DNA of 64,000 bases from Burkholderiaceae bacterium (lineage in GTDB: Bacteria > Pseudomonadota > Gammaproteobacteria > Burkholderiales > Burkholderiaceae_A), in the NCBI GenBank assembly GCA_044370275.1, contig JBILVT010000001.1:10054-74053 (forward strand), in the 5' to 3' direction. This document shows, one piece after another, positions 50,345-59,935 of the stretch (the first letter of the stretch is position 1; the number at the start of each line of letters is the position of its first letter). The notes under the pieces were generated by a model, which searched no databases, was not told the DNA's origin, and worked only from the letters and a program-made list of their open reading frames with translations. The translations under genes and the position numbers were made by a program.

Positions 50345-51697
50345 ATGGCACGCAATACAATTGTCAAGGCAGATACCAACGCGCCACCGATTACTCGAAT
50401 ATTGGCTGAGTTTATAGTTGGTCATCCCACCAAAGGCTGGGCACTCTCCGTAGATCAAGAAGCACATCGAACGTTTGCCAACTGGGTGGGATGTGCCATA
50501 GGCGCCGCCCGGCATGAAACAGTTGATGCTGCGGTTGCAGGGGTTATGGAGCTCACACCATCGCCGCAGGCGTCTCTTCTGGGCAGAGAAGAAAAAGTTG
50601 ATATTGCGAGCGCAGCGCTCATCAACGGCATTAGTTCGCACACCTTTGATTTCGATGATACTCACCTCAGGACCATTATTCACCCTGCGGGGCCTGTTGC
50701 CTCTAGTGTCCTGGCACTCGCGGAGCACCGAGGCCTCAGTGGCCGATCGTTGATCGATGCGTTGATCTTAGGGATCGAGGTTTCCTGCCGTATTGGTAAT
50801 TCAATTTATCCCGATCACTATGATCGTGGCTGGCACATTACGGGCTCTACAGGCATGCTCGGATCCGCTGCCGCGTGTTCCCGACTCTTGGCGCTTGACG
50901 TGGATCAGACTCAGATGGCTCTGGGTATCGCGGCTTCCCAGCCGGTCGGTTTAAGAGAGCAGTTTGGGACTATGACCAAACCATTTCATCCTGGGGCCGC
51001 CGCAAAAGCCGGCTTAATGGCGGCATTATTGGCTCGGCATGGCTTTACTTCTTCCCCTCGAGCGCTAGAGGCACCACGGGGCCTGCTGCAAGTGTTCTCG
51101 GATAAAACCGATTGGAGTGAGATTACAAAGGATCTGGGCGAAACTTGGGAAATTGCGTTAAATACTTACAAGCCATTTGCATGCGGAATCGTGAACCATC
51201 CCAGTATTGATGGCTGCATCCAATTTCGGAATCTTGGACTTACTGCAGACAATATAAAATCAATCTCTCTTAAAGTTCACTCATTGGTACTCGAACTTTG
51301 CGGAAAAAAAGCCCCGAAAACTGGCCTCGAAGGTAAGTTCAGCGTGTATCACTCTTGTGCAGTCGGATTTATTTTCGGTCAGGCGAGTGAGCATCAGTAC
51401 ACTGACTTAGTCGTACAGGACCCGCAAGTGATTCAGCTTCGTGATCGCGTTCAGGCAACAGTTGATCACTCAATACCTGAGGACGCAGCCGAGCTTACTT
51501 TAGAAACGATCGACGGAAAAACTCATCGTATTCGAATTGATCATGCGATAGGCAGCCTCGAACGTCCACTGAGTAATGCAGAGCTTCGGGCGAAATTTAT
51601 TGGCCAGGCCGGTGAGACTATTGGCGAAAAGTTAGCTCAGCAGGCCTTTGAGCGAGCAATGACCATCTCTGAGCAGCATGGAAAGATTTCGTTGTAA
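50345..51697 (+). CDS. MmgE/PrpD-family protein
   Basis: NGISSHTFDFDDTH, IHPAGPV, GWHITG, TKPFHPG, YKPFACG, KFS. Confidence 0.9.
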   Translation: MARNTIVKADTNAPPITRILAEFIVGHPTKGWALSVDQEAHRTFANWVGCAIGAARHETVDAAVAGVMELTPSPQASLLGREEKVDIASAALINGISSHTFDFDDTHLRTIIHPAGPVASSVLALAEHRGLSGRSLIDALILGIEVSCRIGNSIYPDHYDRGWHITGSTGMLGSAAACSRLLALDVDQTQMALGIAASQPVGLREQFGTMTKPFHPGAAAKAGLMAALLARHGFTSSPRALEAPRGLLQVFSDKTDWSEITKDLGETWEIALNTYKPFACGIVNHPSIDGCIQFRNLGLTADNIKSISLKVHSLVLELCGKKAPKTGLEGKFSVYHSCAVGFIFGQASEHQYTDLVVQDPQVIQLRDRVQATVDHSIPEDAAELTLETIDGKTHRIRIDHAIGSLERPLSNAELRAKFIGQAGETIGEKLAQQAFERAMTISEQHGKISL

Positions 51698-51752
51698 GAA
51701 CTTAGATTTTCTGTACAAGTCTAAAGACTAAAATATTCTTTTAAATTCCTAG

Positions 51753-51959
51753 CTGCTGATTTCTTGGACCCTGGTCGTGGCTTCTGAACTACTCGGTGCG
51801 CAGGCGGGGCTTGGATTTATCATCTTGGATTCAGCCCAGTACTTTAATGTGCCCGCTACATTTATTGGTATTGTTTTGATTGGAATAATCGGTTTAATTT
51901 GGGAGCTCTTACTCTCTAGCATGCAGCGACGTGTCTTGCACTGGCAGGGTCAGTCGTGA
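51753..51959 (+). pseudogene. 3' remnant of a TauC/SsuC-type ABC permease
   Basis: ISWTLVVASELLGAQAGLGF...IGIIGLIWE matches only the last TM segment; in-frame stop immediately upstream, no partner subunits. Confidence 0.65.
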
Positions 51960-52277
51960 CCTACCAGCGAGCGTCGCGCAACAAGACTTAATAGTGTCTA
52001 GCAGTGGGCTGAAATGACTCAAGCGATCTCACGATATACATCGCGGTTAGTCAATGAAGTTTAGATCGCCAGGTCTCTCCCGAATGAAAGCTCCATTTTT
52101 CACAGCGGGGCTTTTCCCATTGCTGCCGATTTGACTTTTCAGGGGTGGCATTGCTGCAGAGTATGAGGAACATCGCCCGAAATTTCGTCAATAAACCGAG
52201 GGCCTTGAAGCGCTAATAGAGGGAAAATCGACCTCTCCAGGCTTGTTCAAAAACCAAGAAGTTAAATTTGAATATGA

Positions 52278-52562
52278 CTATTTTCGATTGTTAGGTACCG
52301 GTTGTTTGGGGCCCTGAGCGGGCGTGATGGCTTTGGGCTGATAAGCCTTCGAATCACCATGAAGTATGTCTTGTCCGCCGCCTGGGTTAAGGGAGTCCTT
52401 TCCAGATCGCCCCATAAGAATGTTTGTATCACATCCGGAACCGGCGACACACTGATTAGGCCCGATAGGGATGCTCGGGCGTATTTGCGCAGTAACGTTC
52501 GATGCTCCGGCGACAGTAACAACGGAAAACAGCCCGAGAATTACAGTTTTAAATAAATGCAT
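52278..52562 (-). CDS. Small secreted hypothetical protein with RTX-like Gly/Asp nonapeptides
   Basis: Sec-like signal (MHLFKTVILGLFSVVTVAGASNVTA-Q), Cys pair, GRSGKDSLN and PGGGQDILH repeats. Confidence 0.5.
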   Translation of the reverse strand: MHLFKTVILGLFSVVTVAGASNVTAQIRPSIPIGPNQCVAGSGCDTNILMGRSGKDSLNPGGGQDILHGDSKAYQPKAITPAQGPKQPVPNNRK

Positions 52563-52790
52563 CGCTAACTCGCTGATTTTGTCTTAGGGTCAATGTTCTG
52601 AGAATCGGTGCCTAAGGTCCCGCACTTTGTTTAGGGTGCGCAGCCTCCGCGGATCTTTATCGGCATATTTGAGAGACTGCGTAAGTTTGCTAGTTCGGGA
52701 ATTAAAATTTATAAAGGGCGCTAAAGGGCGCCTCATCCGCTGGGTCGCTAGAGACTCGAATTTATACGATATCAGGCGTAAATAGTAGAG

Positions 52791-52960
<170 letters not shown>

Positions 52961-53152
52961 CTAGTATTTCGCTATCGGTGCGCACAGAATAGGGGAAGAT
53001 TACCCTCTAACCTTGCTCTTTAGATTGGTTTTGTAGTCTCCCTTGTCACGAAGACAGTGAGAGTGAAGAGTTTTCTGTCTTTAAGAGTATTGAAAAATCC
53101 CTTTTATTTGTAGTAAGTTAGGGTTCAAGTGTGCTACCCGTTGGGGGGCTAA

Positions 53153-54292
53153 ATGTTCAGAAAAATCTTCGCAGTTGTGTCGCTGAGTTTCCTCTGTCTT
53201 GTTGCGCACGCTCAGAACAGTCCGAAATCCCTTGAAGAGGCAACATCAAATCGTTTTGCTCAAGAGCTCAAAGTTCAACATCTACACGCTAAATGGCGCG
53301 CGCGAATTCAATCGCTGCTTGATGCGGGCAAATTACCCAAGATCGATATGGAGACCAGTTGGTCTGAAGACGCAGTAAGAGGCTATGTCCCCGAAATTTT
53401 CCCTTTGTTAGACGAATTGGGGATTGCTTTAATTGCTGCCGACGGTCTTCAGCGAAAAGCGGATGGGTCTGCGGGCTATCGGTGGAGCAACTATATGTCT
53501 GAGGCTGCTGAGAAGTATCCGGATCGATTTATCCCGACCACGAATGGCGGCACCAGCCCAAACTGGTTAGAACAAAAAGATGGCACGGGTAGTTTTATTG
53601 AGCAATTAGAAAAACAGATCCTAACCGGTCGTTACGCCCTGATCGGAGAATTGGATTTTCGGCATTACATGTCAACCCATCAGTGCGCTGCGGGTAGTAA
53701 AGACCGGGATAACTCAATTCCTCTTACAAGCACAAATGGGCATCGCGTATTCCGTCTCTCCCACGACACGGGCGTCCCGTTTGTTATCCATCTTGAACCC
53801 GAGGATGAGCCGCTAGCTCAACTCGAAAAGATGTTGGATCAGTATCCGAAAGCAATCGTGGTGGTTGCGCATTTCGGTCAGCTAAGGCACCCAGAGCGGC
53901 AAAAGGGCTTTACCCCTCAGAAGGTCAGATCGCTTTTCAGTCGATTCCCGAACTTAAATTGGGATCTTTCAACAGGGTGGCCGAATCGAGAGTATCGATG
54001 CGCAGGTTTGAATAACGATAGGATATTAAAAGGCGATACTGTTCTGTGGGCAGCTACTGCTTTGGGCCAGAGTGACACCGTAAGCCCTGAGTGGCGTGCG
54101 ATCTTTACTGAGTTTCACGATCGCTTTGTTTTCGCCACGGACTTCGGTAGCGGACGGCCACCGTTGCATGGCTTCTTGCGAGACAAAGTAGTTAATTTCG
54201 AGAGAATCGTACGCGATCTTCCAAGAGAAGTTCAGCACGCTTTCGCCTACAAGAATGCATGGAGGCTTTTGACCGGTAAACCCTGGGAGTAA
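53153..54292 (+). CDS. Secreted amidohydrolase-superfamily (Amidohydro_2-like) metalloprotein
   Basis: Signal peptide ending AHA-Q; IGELDFRHY, VIHLE, VAHFG, DLS, FATDFG, NAWRL. Confidence 0.7.
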   Translation: MFRKIFAVVSLSFLCLVAHAQNSPKSLEEATSNRFAQELKVQHLHAKWRARIQSLLDAGKLPKIDMETSWSEDAVRGYVPEIFPLLDELGIALIAADGLQRKADGSAGYRWSNYMSEAAEKYPDRFIPTTNGGTSPNWLEQKDGTGSFIEQLEKQILTGRYALIGELDFRHYMSTHQCAAGSKDRDNSIPLTSTNGHRVFRLSHDTGVPFVIHLEPEDEPLAQLEKMLDQYPKAIVVVAHFGQLRHPERQKGFTPQKVRSLFSRFPNLNWDLSTGWPNREYRCAGLNNDRILKGDTVLWAATALGQSDTVSPEWRAIFTEFHDRFVFATDFGSGRPPLHGFLRDKVVNFERIVRDLPREVQHAFAYKNAWRLLTGKPWE

Positions 54293-54392
54293 CACCTTCC
54301 CTCACTCCAGAAAAACCCGACACTGTCTCATCAGGGCCTGGTTTGGCTTGGCATCTTTGTTCTGCCCCATGATTTGGCGGGTGCGGATTCGC

Positions 54393-54525
54393 TTATGATG
54401 AAAATCCCTTCAATTTTCGTCAACAAAATCAATGGGTTTTATCAGTCAAACCCCAACGTGTAGAAAACCGTGTAATCAGGGTTTGGCGCTCTGGGGGTCC
54501 AGCGACCGTTACTTAAAGTAACGGT
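54393..54525. repeat. att-arm-like direct repeat, copy 2
   Basis: Manual alignment with 52829-52960: 74/90 identical over the first 90 bp, then identical GACCGTTACTTAAAGTAACG; starts at the same TTATGAT core. Confidence 0.85.
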
Positions 54526-54744
54526 TATTTACGGCAAGATCATAGGATACCTAGCTTTTCAGCAAATCTAGCGGCTAAACAAGCTCGGCTTCGCCAACTT
54601 ACCGCGGTAAAAGCATCAAAGGGTTTGACTAGAAGGGGATTCGAACTCTGAGGCGCCAATCCGGCGGGGCTTCGACCTTCACTACGCTACTGACTCTTCA
54701 GGCCCCGCGACAGGTACTCTGTTAACGTTAGGGCCTAATTATCT

Positions 54745-54773
54745 TTGTCACATTTCCATCATCAGGTTGTCAT
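54745..54773 (+). promoter_or_regulatory. Putative Pho box (PhoB) upstream of phoX
   Basis: TTGTCAC-N4-CCATCAT-N4-TTGTCAT, 11-bp periodicity matching CTGTCAT units. Confidence 0.75.
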
Positions 54774-54810
54774 AGTGAGGGCGTTTAATCGAAGTTTGAA
54801 GGAGCCCGCC

Positions 54811-57036
54811 ATGTCCCACCCTGATCTTGACCTCATTTGTAACACCTCTGATAACGATCATTTTCAAGATGTCCTCGCGCAATCCCTTCAGAGCCCAGCT
54901 CGGCGGAGCCTGTTGCGCGGCGGTCTGGGGCTCGCTGGAATGGCCGTGCTGCCAGGGTGCGCGACCCTCGACTACGGATCTGCGGCAATCCCGAAGGCGC
55001 TCGGCTTTCCTGCAGTCGAAAAAAGCTTACTCGATAATGTGATTCTTCCGCCCGGCTATCAGTACAGTGTCTTACATGCTACGGGCGATGCAATTGATGC
55101 AACGCTTGCCGCTTACACCAACCGAGGCGCTGAGTTAGATGACTGGTCTCGCCGTATTGGGGACCATCATGATGGTATGGATATCTTCTACATTGATGCC
55201 AACGGCCGCTACACCGAGAAAGAGACCGGAAGGGCGGTTCTGTGCGTGAATCATGAGAGCTCAGCAGATGCGCACTTTATGCATCCGAATGGTCAGACTT
55301 CGAACAATATCAGCGGAAAGAAGTTCACTCAGTTTGGTGATTGGGATCTCGGTGTTAGACCAGAGCTTGAGGTATTGAAAGAGATTAATCAACACGGAAT
55401 ATCTATTGTTGAGATTGTAAAGACACCCGAGGGCTGGCGGATTGAAAAGAACTCACCGTTGAACCGTCGCGTTACTGCCCAAACGCCGATGCGAATCAGT
55501 GGTCCACGGGCGCAAATCGATCAGATTCGTAGCTTTATGGTGACCCGCTGGGATACTGCCGGGTCTATGGCACGAGGTACTTTGAATAATTGCGGGCATG
55601 GAAAGACCCCGTGGGGAACATATCTTGGCTGCGAAGAGAACTGGGCGTTTTACTTTCAGGTGGCAGGTTCTGGTTCCGAGTTGCCCGCCAAGGAAATTGC
55701 CGCTAGACGCCGCTATGGGGTTGCCTCAGCAGCGCCTGCATCAAATGTTTCAAAAGCAATCAGTCAGGGCTGGCACACTGTGTCGACCACAGACGATCGC
55801 TTTGCACGTTGGAATCTAGCGGCTTTAGGAAATAATGCCGAGAAGGATTTTCGTAACGAAGCCAACACTTTTGGTTATAACGTTGAAATTGACCCATTAG
55901 CGCCCAACGCAACGCCCGCCAAGCGAATCGCAATGGGTCGCTTTGCCCACGAAGCCGCTGTCTGCAGTCTTCCAAAGACCGGCGAGCCCCTCGCGTTTTA
56001 CATGGGGTGCGATGCTCGAAATGAGTATATTTATAAATTCGTAACCACGGCGGTCTGGGATCCCCGGGATATCGGTGGCGGCATCGCCGCTGGCGACAAG
56101 TATCTCAGCGAAGGAAAGCTCTATGCTGCTCGCTTTGACTCAACTGGCCGGGGTGAGTGGCTTGAACTTACGATTACTGACTCAAGACTCGCTAATTACA
56201 GCGCATACAAGTTTGCAAATCAGGCGGATGTGCTCGTAAATATTCGGCATGCTGCAGATGCTGTTGGCGCGACCAAAATGGACCGCCCAGAGTGGGGTGC
56301 CCTGAATTATCGCAACGGTGAGGTCTACTTTGCGCTTACCAACAATAGCGCGGCGAATCGAACACCGTCAAAGGTAGACCCCGCAAATCCGCGTGCCTAT
56401 ATGGATCCAGATGGAACCAAAGGCGCAGGAAACCCAAATGGTCACATTATTCGTTTTAGAGAGGCTGATCAGAAAGCAACCGCGAAAGCGTTCGCTTGGG
56501 ATATTTTCCTATTTGGCGCTGAAGAGGATTCGGGTGATGCGAATTTATCCGGTCTATCATCAAAGAATGCGTTTTCTTCACCAGACGGGCTGTGGTTTAG
56601 CAAAGCAACTGGAATTTGCTGGATTCAGACGGATGATGGTGCCTTTACGGATGAGACAAACTGCATGATGCTTGCCGCCATTCCTGGTCAGGTTGGTGAC
56701 GGTGGAAAAGTCACCGTCAAAAATAAGATGGTCGTCAATGGGGTAGAGCAAACGGGCACACAAGAAACTTTTCTGGGAGCCGCCTTGGGTGATGCAAAAC
56801 TTCGGCGTTTCTTGGTAGCTCCGCTTGGGGCAGAGGTAACCGGTATTACGGAAACGGCCGATGGTCGAACGCTCTTCGTGAATATTCAGCACCCGGGCGA
56901 GCTGTCTAAGCCTCTGGCCGCATCGGCGCCACCGCAGAGTGCTTGGCCCGGTAACCAGGGTTATGGTAACCCCGGTCGGCCAAGGTCTGCCACCATCGTG
57001 ATCACCCGCAAGGATGGCGGAGTTATCGGGCTCTAA
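54811..57036 (+). CDS. phoX: PhoX-family alkaline phosphatase (Tat-exported)
   Basis: ARRSLLRGG twin-arginine signal, GDHHDGM, VNHE, GTLNNC, TPWGTYLGCEEN, GRFAHE, MDRPEW, SPDGL, IQTD, GAEVTG, VNIQHPG; RBS AAGGAG. Confidence 0.92.
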   Translation: MSHPDLDLICNTSDNDHFQDVLAQSLQSPARRSLLRGGLGLAGMAVLPGCATLDYGSAAIPKALGFPAVEKSLLDNVILPPGYQYSVLHATGDAIDATLAAYTNRGAELDDWSRRIGDHHDGMDIFYIDANGRYTEKETGRAVLCVNHESSADAHFMHPNGQTSNNISGKKFTQFGDWDLGVRPELEVLKEINQHGISIVEIVKTPEGWRIEKNSPLNRRVTAQTPMRISGPRAQIDQIRSFMVTRWDTAGSMARGTLNNCGHGKTPWGTYLGCEENWAFYFQVAGSGSELPAKEIAARRRYGVASAAPASNVSKAISQGWHTVSTTDDRFARWNLAALGNNAEKDFRNEANTFGYNVEIDPLAPNATPAKRIAMGRFAHEAAVCSLPKTGEPLAFYMGCDARNEYIYKFVTTAVWDPRDIGGGIAAGDKYLSEGKLYAARFDSTGRGEWLELTITDSRLANYSAYKFANQADVLVNIRHAADAVGATKMDRPEWGALNYRNGEVYFALTNNSAANRTPSKVDPANPRAYMDPDGTKGAGNPNGHIIRFREADQKATAKAFAWDIFLFGAEEDSGDANLSGLSSKNAFSSPDGLWFSKATGICWIQTDDGAFTDETNCMMLAAIPGQVGDGGKVTVKNKMVVNGVEQTGTQETFLGAALGDAKLRRFLVAPLGAEVTGITETADGRTLFVNIQHPGELSKPLAASAPPQSAWPGNQGYGNPGRPRSATIVITRKDGGVIGL

Positions 57037-57071
57037 CGGAACGGGTTCAGCTGCCCCATGCGGGTATTGAC

Positions 57072-57102
57072 ATGGCCACGCCGGAGTGCGTGGCCATTTT
57101 TT
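57072..57102 (+). terminator. Rho-independent terminator after phoX
   Basis: ATGGCCACGC-CGGAGT-GCGTGGCCAT perfect 10-bp stem followed by T run. Confidence 0.85.
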
Positions 57103-57129
57103 CATTCAAGCCTCTCCTCGATATCCAAT

Positions 57130-57582
57130 ATGAAAAGTTTACTCTTCCTGATTGCATGGAGCGTGACAGTCACCGCGCATGCCGTAGACACCTCTAGCGT
57201 TTCGGATCCAGAGACCTTCCCAACGCACCCTATGTATCGGGCACGGGAAGCGATTAAGTCTGAACAGTTTGACAAGGCGGTTGAGTTGCTTAAACAAGCC
57301 GAACAAAAACATTCGGCCGACTGGAATAACCTGATGGGTTTTAGTCTGCGCAAAAAATCACCACCCGACCTGACCAATGCCGAGGTTTTCTACAAAGCCG
57401 CCCTTGCCTTGGATCCCCTGCATCGTGGTGCGCTAGAGTACTACGGCGAGTTGCTGTTGATCAGAAACGATCTGACTGGTGCAGAAGCGCTTCTGAACCG
57501 ACTAGGCAAGGCTTGCCCGATGGATTGCGAAGAGTACCGTGACCTGAAGGCCGGCATCGCGTCATTTAGGTTACGAAAGTAA
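57130..57582 (+). CDS. Secreted tetratricopeptide-repeat protein
   Basis: Signal peptide (AHA-V); ADWNNLMGFSLRK, YKAALALDPLHRGALEYYGE TPR-like helices; CPMDCEEY. Confidence 0.75.
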   Translation: MKSLLFLIAWSVTVTAHAVDTSSVSDPETFPTHPMYRAREAIKSEQFDKAVELLKQAEQKHSADWNNLMGFSLRKKSPPDLTNAEVFYKAALALDPLHRGALEYYGELLLIRNDLTGAEALLNRLGKACPMDCEEYRDLKAGIASFRLRK

Positions 57583-57636
57583 TGAGGAGGGGCAAAGAGG
57601 GGTATCGCTCTGGATCAGGGCTTAAACCTGGAGAGA

Positions 57637-58530
57637 CTAGAGACCGATAAAGTGCCGAATAGCTTCACAAACCGTTTTGCTATAGGCAACCGGGTGGCCG
57701 CTGTCTGGACACTCATGAATGCGGGTAAGCGGATGAATCTCAAACATTCGCTTTACCACTGAATCGTTAACGATCTCAGAGTCCATTCCTCGTAGTACGA
57801 GAATCGGTGTAGTCACTGCAGCAAAGCGATCACTAAAGTCGACACCGGATAAGCGGTTCTCGTGCGGTAAGTCAAGGTGAGCCGGTTGTCGAACTGCGCG
57901 CAGCAACTGTGGATCTACATCGAGCTGATTAGCAAGATCAGGGCCCCGAAGGGTATTCATACTCGATGACTTCGCAGTACTAATGGTTGTCATTAGCGCG
58001 AATACGCCGCTCCACGGCAATAAGGGCCCGATATCGTTTAGGATTACACTCCCCAACATTTTAGGCTTGCCGCTTGCCAACATAACCGCAAGCAAGCCGC
58101 CCATGCTCGTCCCAACAAGATGAATCCGAGCCGATTTTGATACCGTTGCTGAATCACTATTGCCCTGTACTGTGAATGCCAAGCTACTCATAACGCCCAT
58201 CGCATACGTATAAAAAAGCCACAAGTCACTCAGATAGACACTCATCTTATAGTCATGGGCCGCGGCCAGCCAATCAGAGTCGCCCCGACCGCACCAATCA
58301 AGAACTATGACTCTAGCATCGGGTGCTATAAACGAAATAAATTCGTCAAAACTCTTGTGTGTTTCGAGTAGCCCTGGAAGACATAAGAAAAGATCTGGAG
58401 AGCGTTCCTCACCGATATCTTCTCCTGCAAGCTTTCGATGTCGACCAGCATCAAAAACCGTTAACTCAAATCGTCTGCGTCTTAACTTCATCGGCAGACA
58501 ATTCAAAAAGATGCTTATAAGCCAACACAA
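57637..58530 (-). CDS. Alpha/beta hydrolase
   Basis: LPGL oxyanion region, DWCGRGDS, GTSMGG nucleophile elbow, LNDIGP, RGMDS, GHP; alternative start 58491. Confidence 0.82.
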   Translation of the reverse strand: MCWLISIFLNCLPMKLRRRRFELTVFDAGRHRKLAGEDIGEERSPDLFLCLPGLLETHKSFDEFISFIAPDARVIVLDWCGRGDSDWLAAAHDYKMSVYLSDLWLFYTYAMGVMSSLAFTVQGNSDSATVSKSARIHLVGTSMGGLLAVMLASGKPKMLGSVILNDIGPLLPWSGVFALMTTISTAKSSSMNTLRGPDLANQLDVDPQLLRAVRQPAHLDLPHENRLSGVDFSDRFAAVTTPILVLRGMDSEIVNDSVVKRMFEIHPLTRIHECPDSGHPVAYSKTVCEAIRHFIGL

Positions 58531-58562
58531 TGAATCCTCTGAGGTGAATCTCTAGCCCCATT

Positions 58563-59747
58563 CTAACTGGTTCTATCGTTTAACACCTGTTGCATGACGG
58601 CTTCGGTTCGTTTTACAACCGTTGCCCATTGGTTCTCAAGACTAACCTGGCGGGCAGCCCTCCCCAAATAACTTCTTTGATTCGCATCCTGAGCGAGTCG
58701 TATCGATCTCTCTACGAACGAAGATTCATCCTGGGGTGGCAACAAGATGCCTGAGATATCTGAACTGATTACCTGGCGAGCTCCTGCGCAGTCAAACGCA
58801 ACCACAGCAATACCGCTTGCAAGCGCCTCTAAGGTCACGTTTCCAAATGTCTCCGTCAGGCTTGGAAACAAAAAGATGTCACCGCTTGCGTAATGGGCTG
58901 CAAGCGCTTCACCGTGTTGGACACCGCAGAAAACTGCCTCTGGGCATTGAGCTACTAACTTTTCTTTTAGTGGTCCATCTCCCACGAACACGAGACGGAT
59001 ATCTGGGTTCTGTATTCGTGCCTGATGGAATACCTTCAAGACTAGATTTAGATTCTTCTCTGCCGCTAGTCTGCCAACTGACAGTAGCACGCAGGTTGCT
59101 GCACTCGCGCCCCAAGACCTCCTGAGTGCTTCTGAGCGTCGTGCTGGATCAAACAGCTGCGTATCAATCCCCCGTGGGATAACCGTTAGGCGTTGAAATC
59201 CCAAGCCCGCGAGGGTCTGCTTTAACTCCGCAGTTGGAACCATCGTGCATTGTGTCGCATTATGAAACTTCTTCATGTAAGAAAAGATTGTACTTTTCAA
59301 CCAACGGAAGCCATAAAAAGCGCTGTAAGCGTGAAAATTAGTTCGAAAATCTGATGTTATTGGAATTCTTAGCTTCTTAGCGGCCTGTATCGCTGACCAG
59401 CCAAGAGGCCCCTCGGTCGCAATGTGAACCAGGTCGGGACGCCGGGAAATCCAGAGCTTGACCAGGGCGCGCTTTGCGGGAAATCCAATTTTGAGAGCGG
59501 GGTACATTGGAATCGGCATGCCCTGAACCAGAAGCTCGTGAGCTGGGTCGCCTGCCTTGGCGTCATTCGATTGACGCGGGTGAATGAGAAAGACGTCATG
59601 ACCAAGCCCTTGGAGCCCCTCTACAACCCGTCGCAGGGTCAGCGCTACACCGTTTACATCCGGTGGATAGGTTTCGGTAACAACGGCGATTCGCATTTGC
59701 CGATGAATCGCCGGAAATGACATCACATCAAGTTCTGCTGTCTCCAT
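58563..59747 (-). CDS. GT4 glycosyltransferase, Agt/SqdX/MgtA-like glycolipid synthase
   Basis: VTETYPPDVNGVA, HIATEGPLG, VGRLAAEKN, FPSLTETFGNVTLEALASG. Confidence 0.85.
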   Translation of the reverse strand: METAELDVMSFPAIHRQMRIAVVTETYPPDVNGVALTLRRVVEGLQGLGHDVFLIHPRQSNDAKAGDPAHELLVQGMPIPMYPALKIGFPAKRALVKLWISRRPDLVHIATEGPLGWSAIQAAKKLRIPITSDFRTNFHAYSAFYGFRWLKSTIFSYMKKFHNATQCTMVPTAELKQTLAGLGFQRLTVIPRGIDTQLFDPARRSEALRRSWGASAATCVLLSVGRLAAEKNLNLVLKVFHQARIQNPDIRLVFVGDGPLKEKLVAQCPEAVFCGVQHGEALAAHYASGDIFLFPSLTETFGNVTLEALASGIAVVAFDCAGARQVISSDISGILLPPQDESSFVERSIRLAQDANQRSYLGRAARQVSLENQWATVVKRTEAVMQQVLNDRTS

Positions 59748-59770
59748 GCTCCTGATGTTAACGAGGACGA

Positions 59771-59788
59771 ATAGCAGTTCTATGACAG
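59771..59788 (-). promoter_or_regulatory. Putative Pho box upstream of GT4 gene
   Basis: Minus strand CTGTCAT-AGAA-CTGCTAT, close to the PhoB consensus; an in-phase TTGTAAT unit lies 22 bp further upstream. Confidence 0.75.
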
Positions 59789-59830
59789 TTAGACTAACTT
59801 TTTATTACAAAATTAAAAATTCTTGTATTT

Positions 59831-59858
59831 CATCATCGAGATGTCATCAATTTGACAT
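59831..59858 (+). promoter_or_regulatory. Putative Pho box upstream of Mpo1-like gene
   Basis: CATCAT / TGTCAT / TGACAT at 11-bp spacing; ATGTCA-N6-TGACAT is also palindromic. Confidence 0.55.
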
Positions 59859-59935
59859 GCATTCTCGGCATAGTCGGGCTGTCAGAGTCTCCGTATCCGG
59901 CCGGCTTTGATCCACTAACGAAATGGGAGAGGTAA

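Noticed and set aside
54625-54710. Second tRNA remnant (GGGGATTCGAACTC) with nearby GCGGGGC...GCCCCGC stem
   Set aside because: T-stem pairing is imperfect, with no CCA or anticodon arm; too short to support
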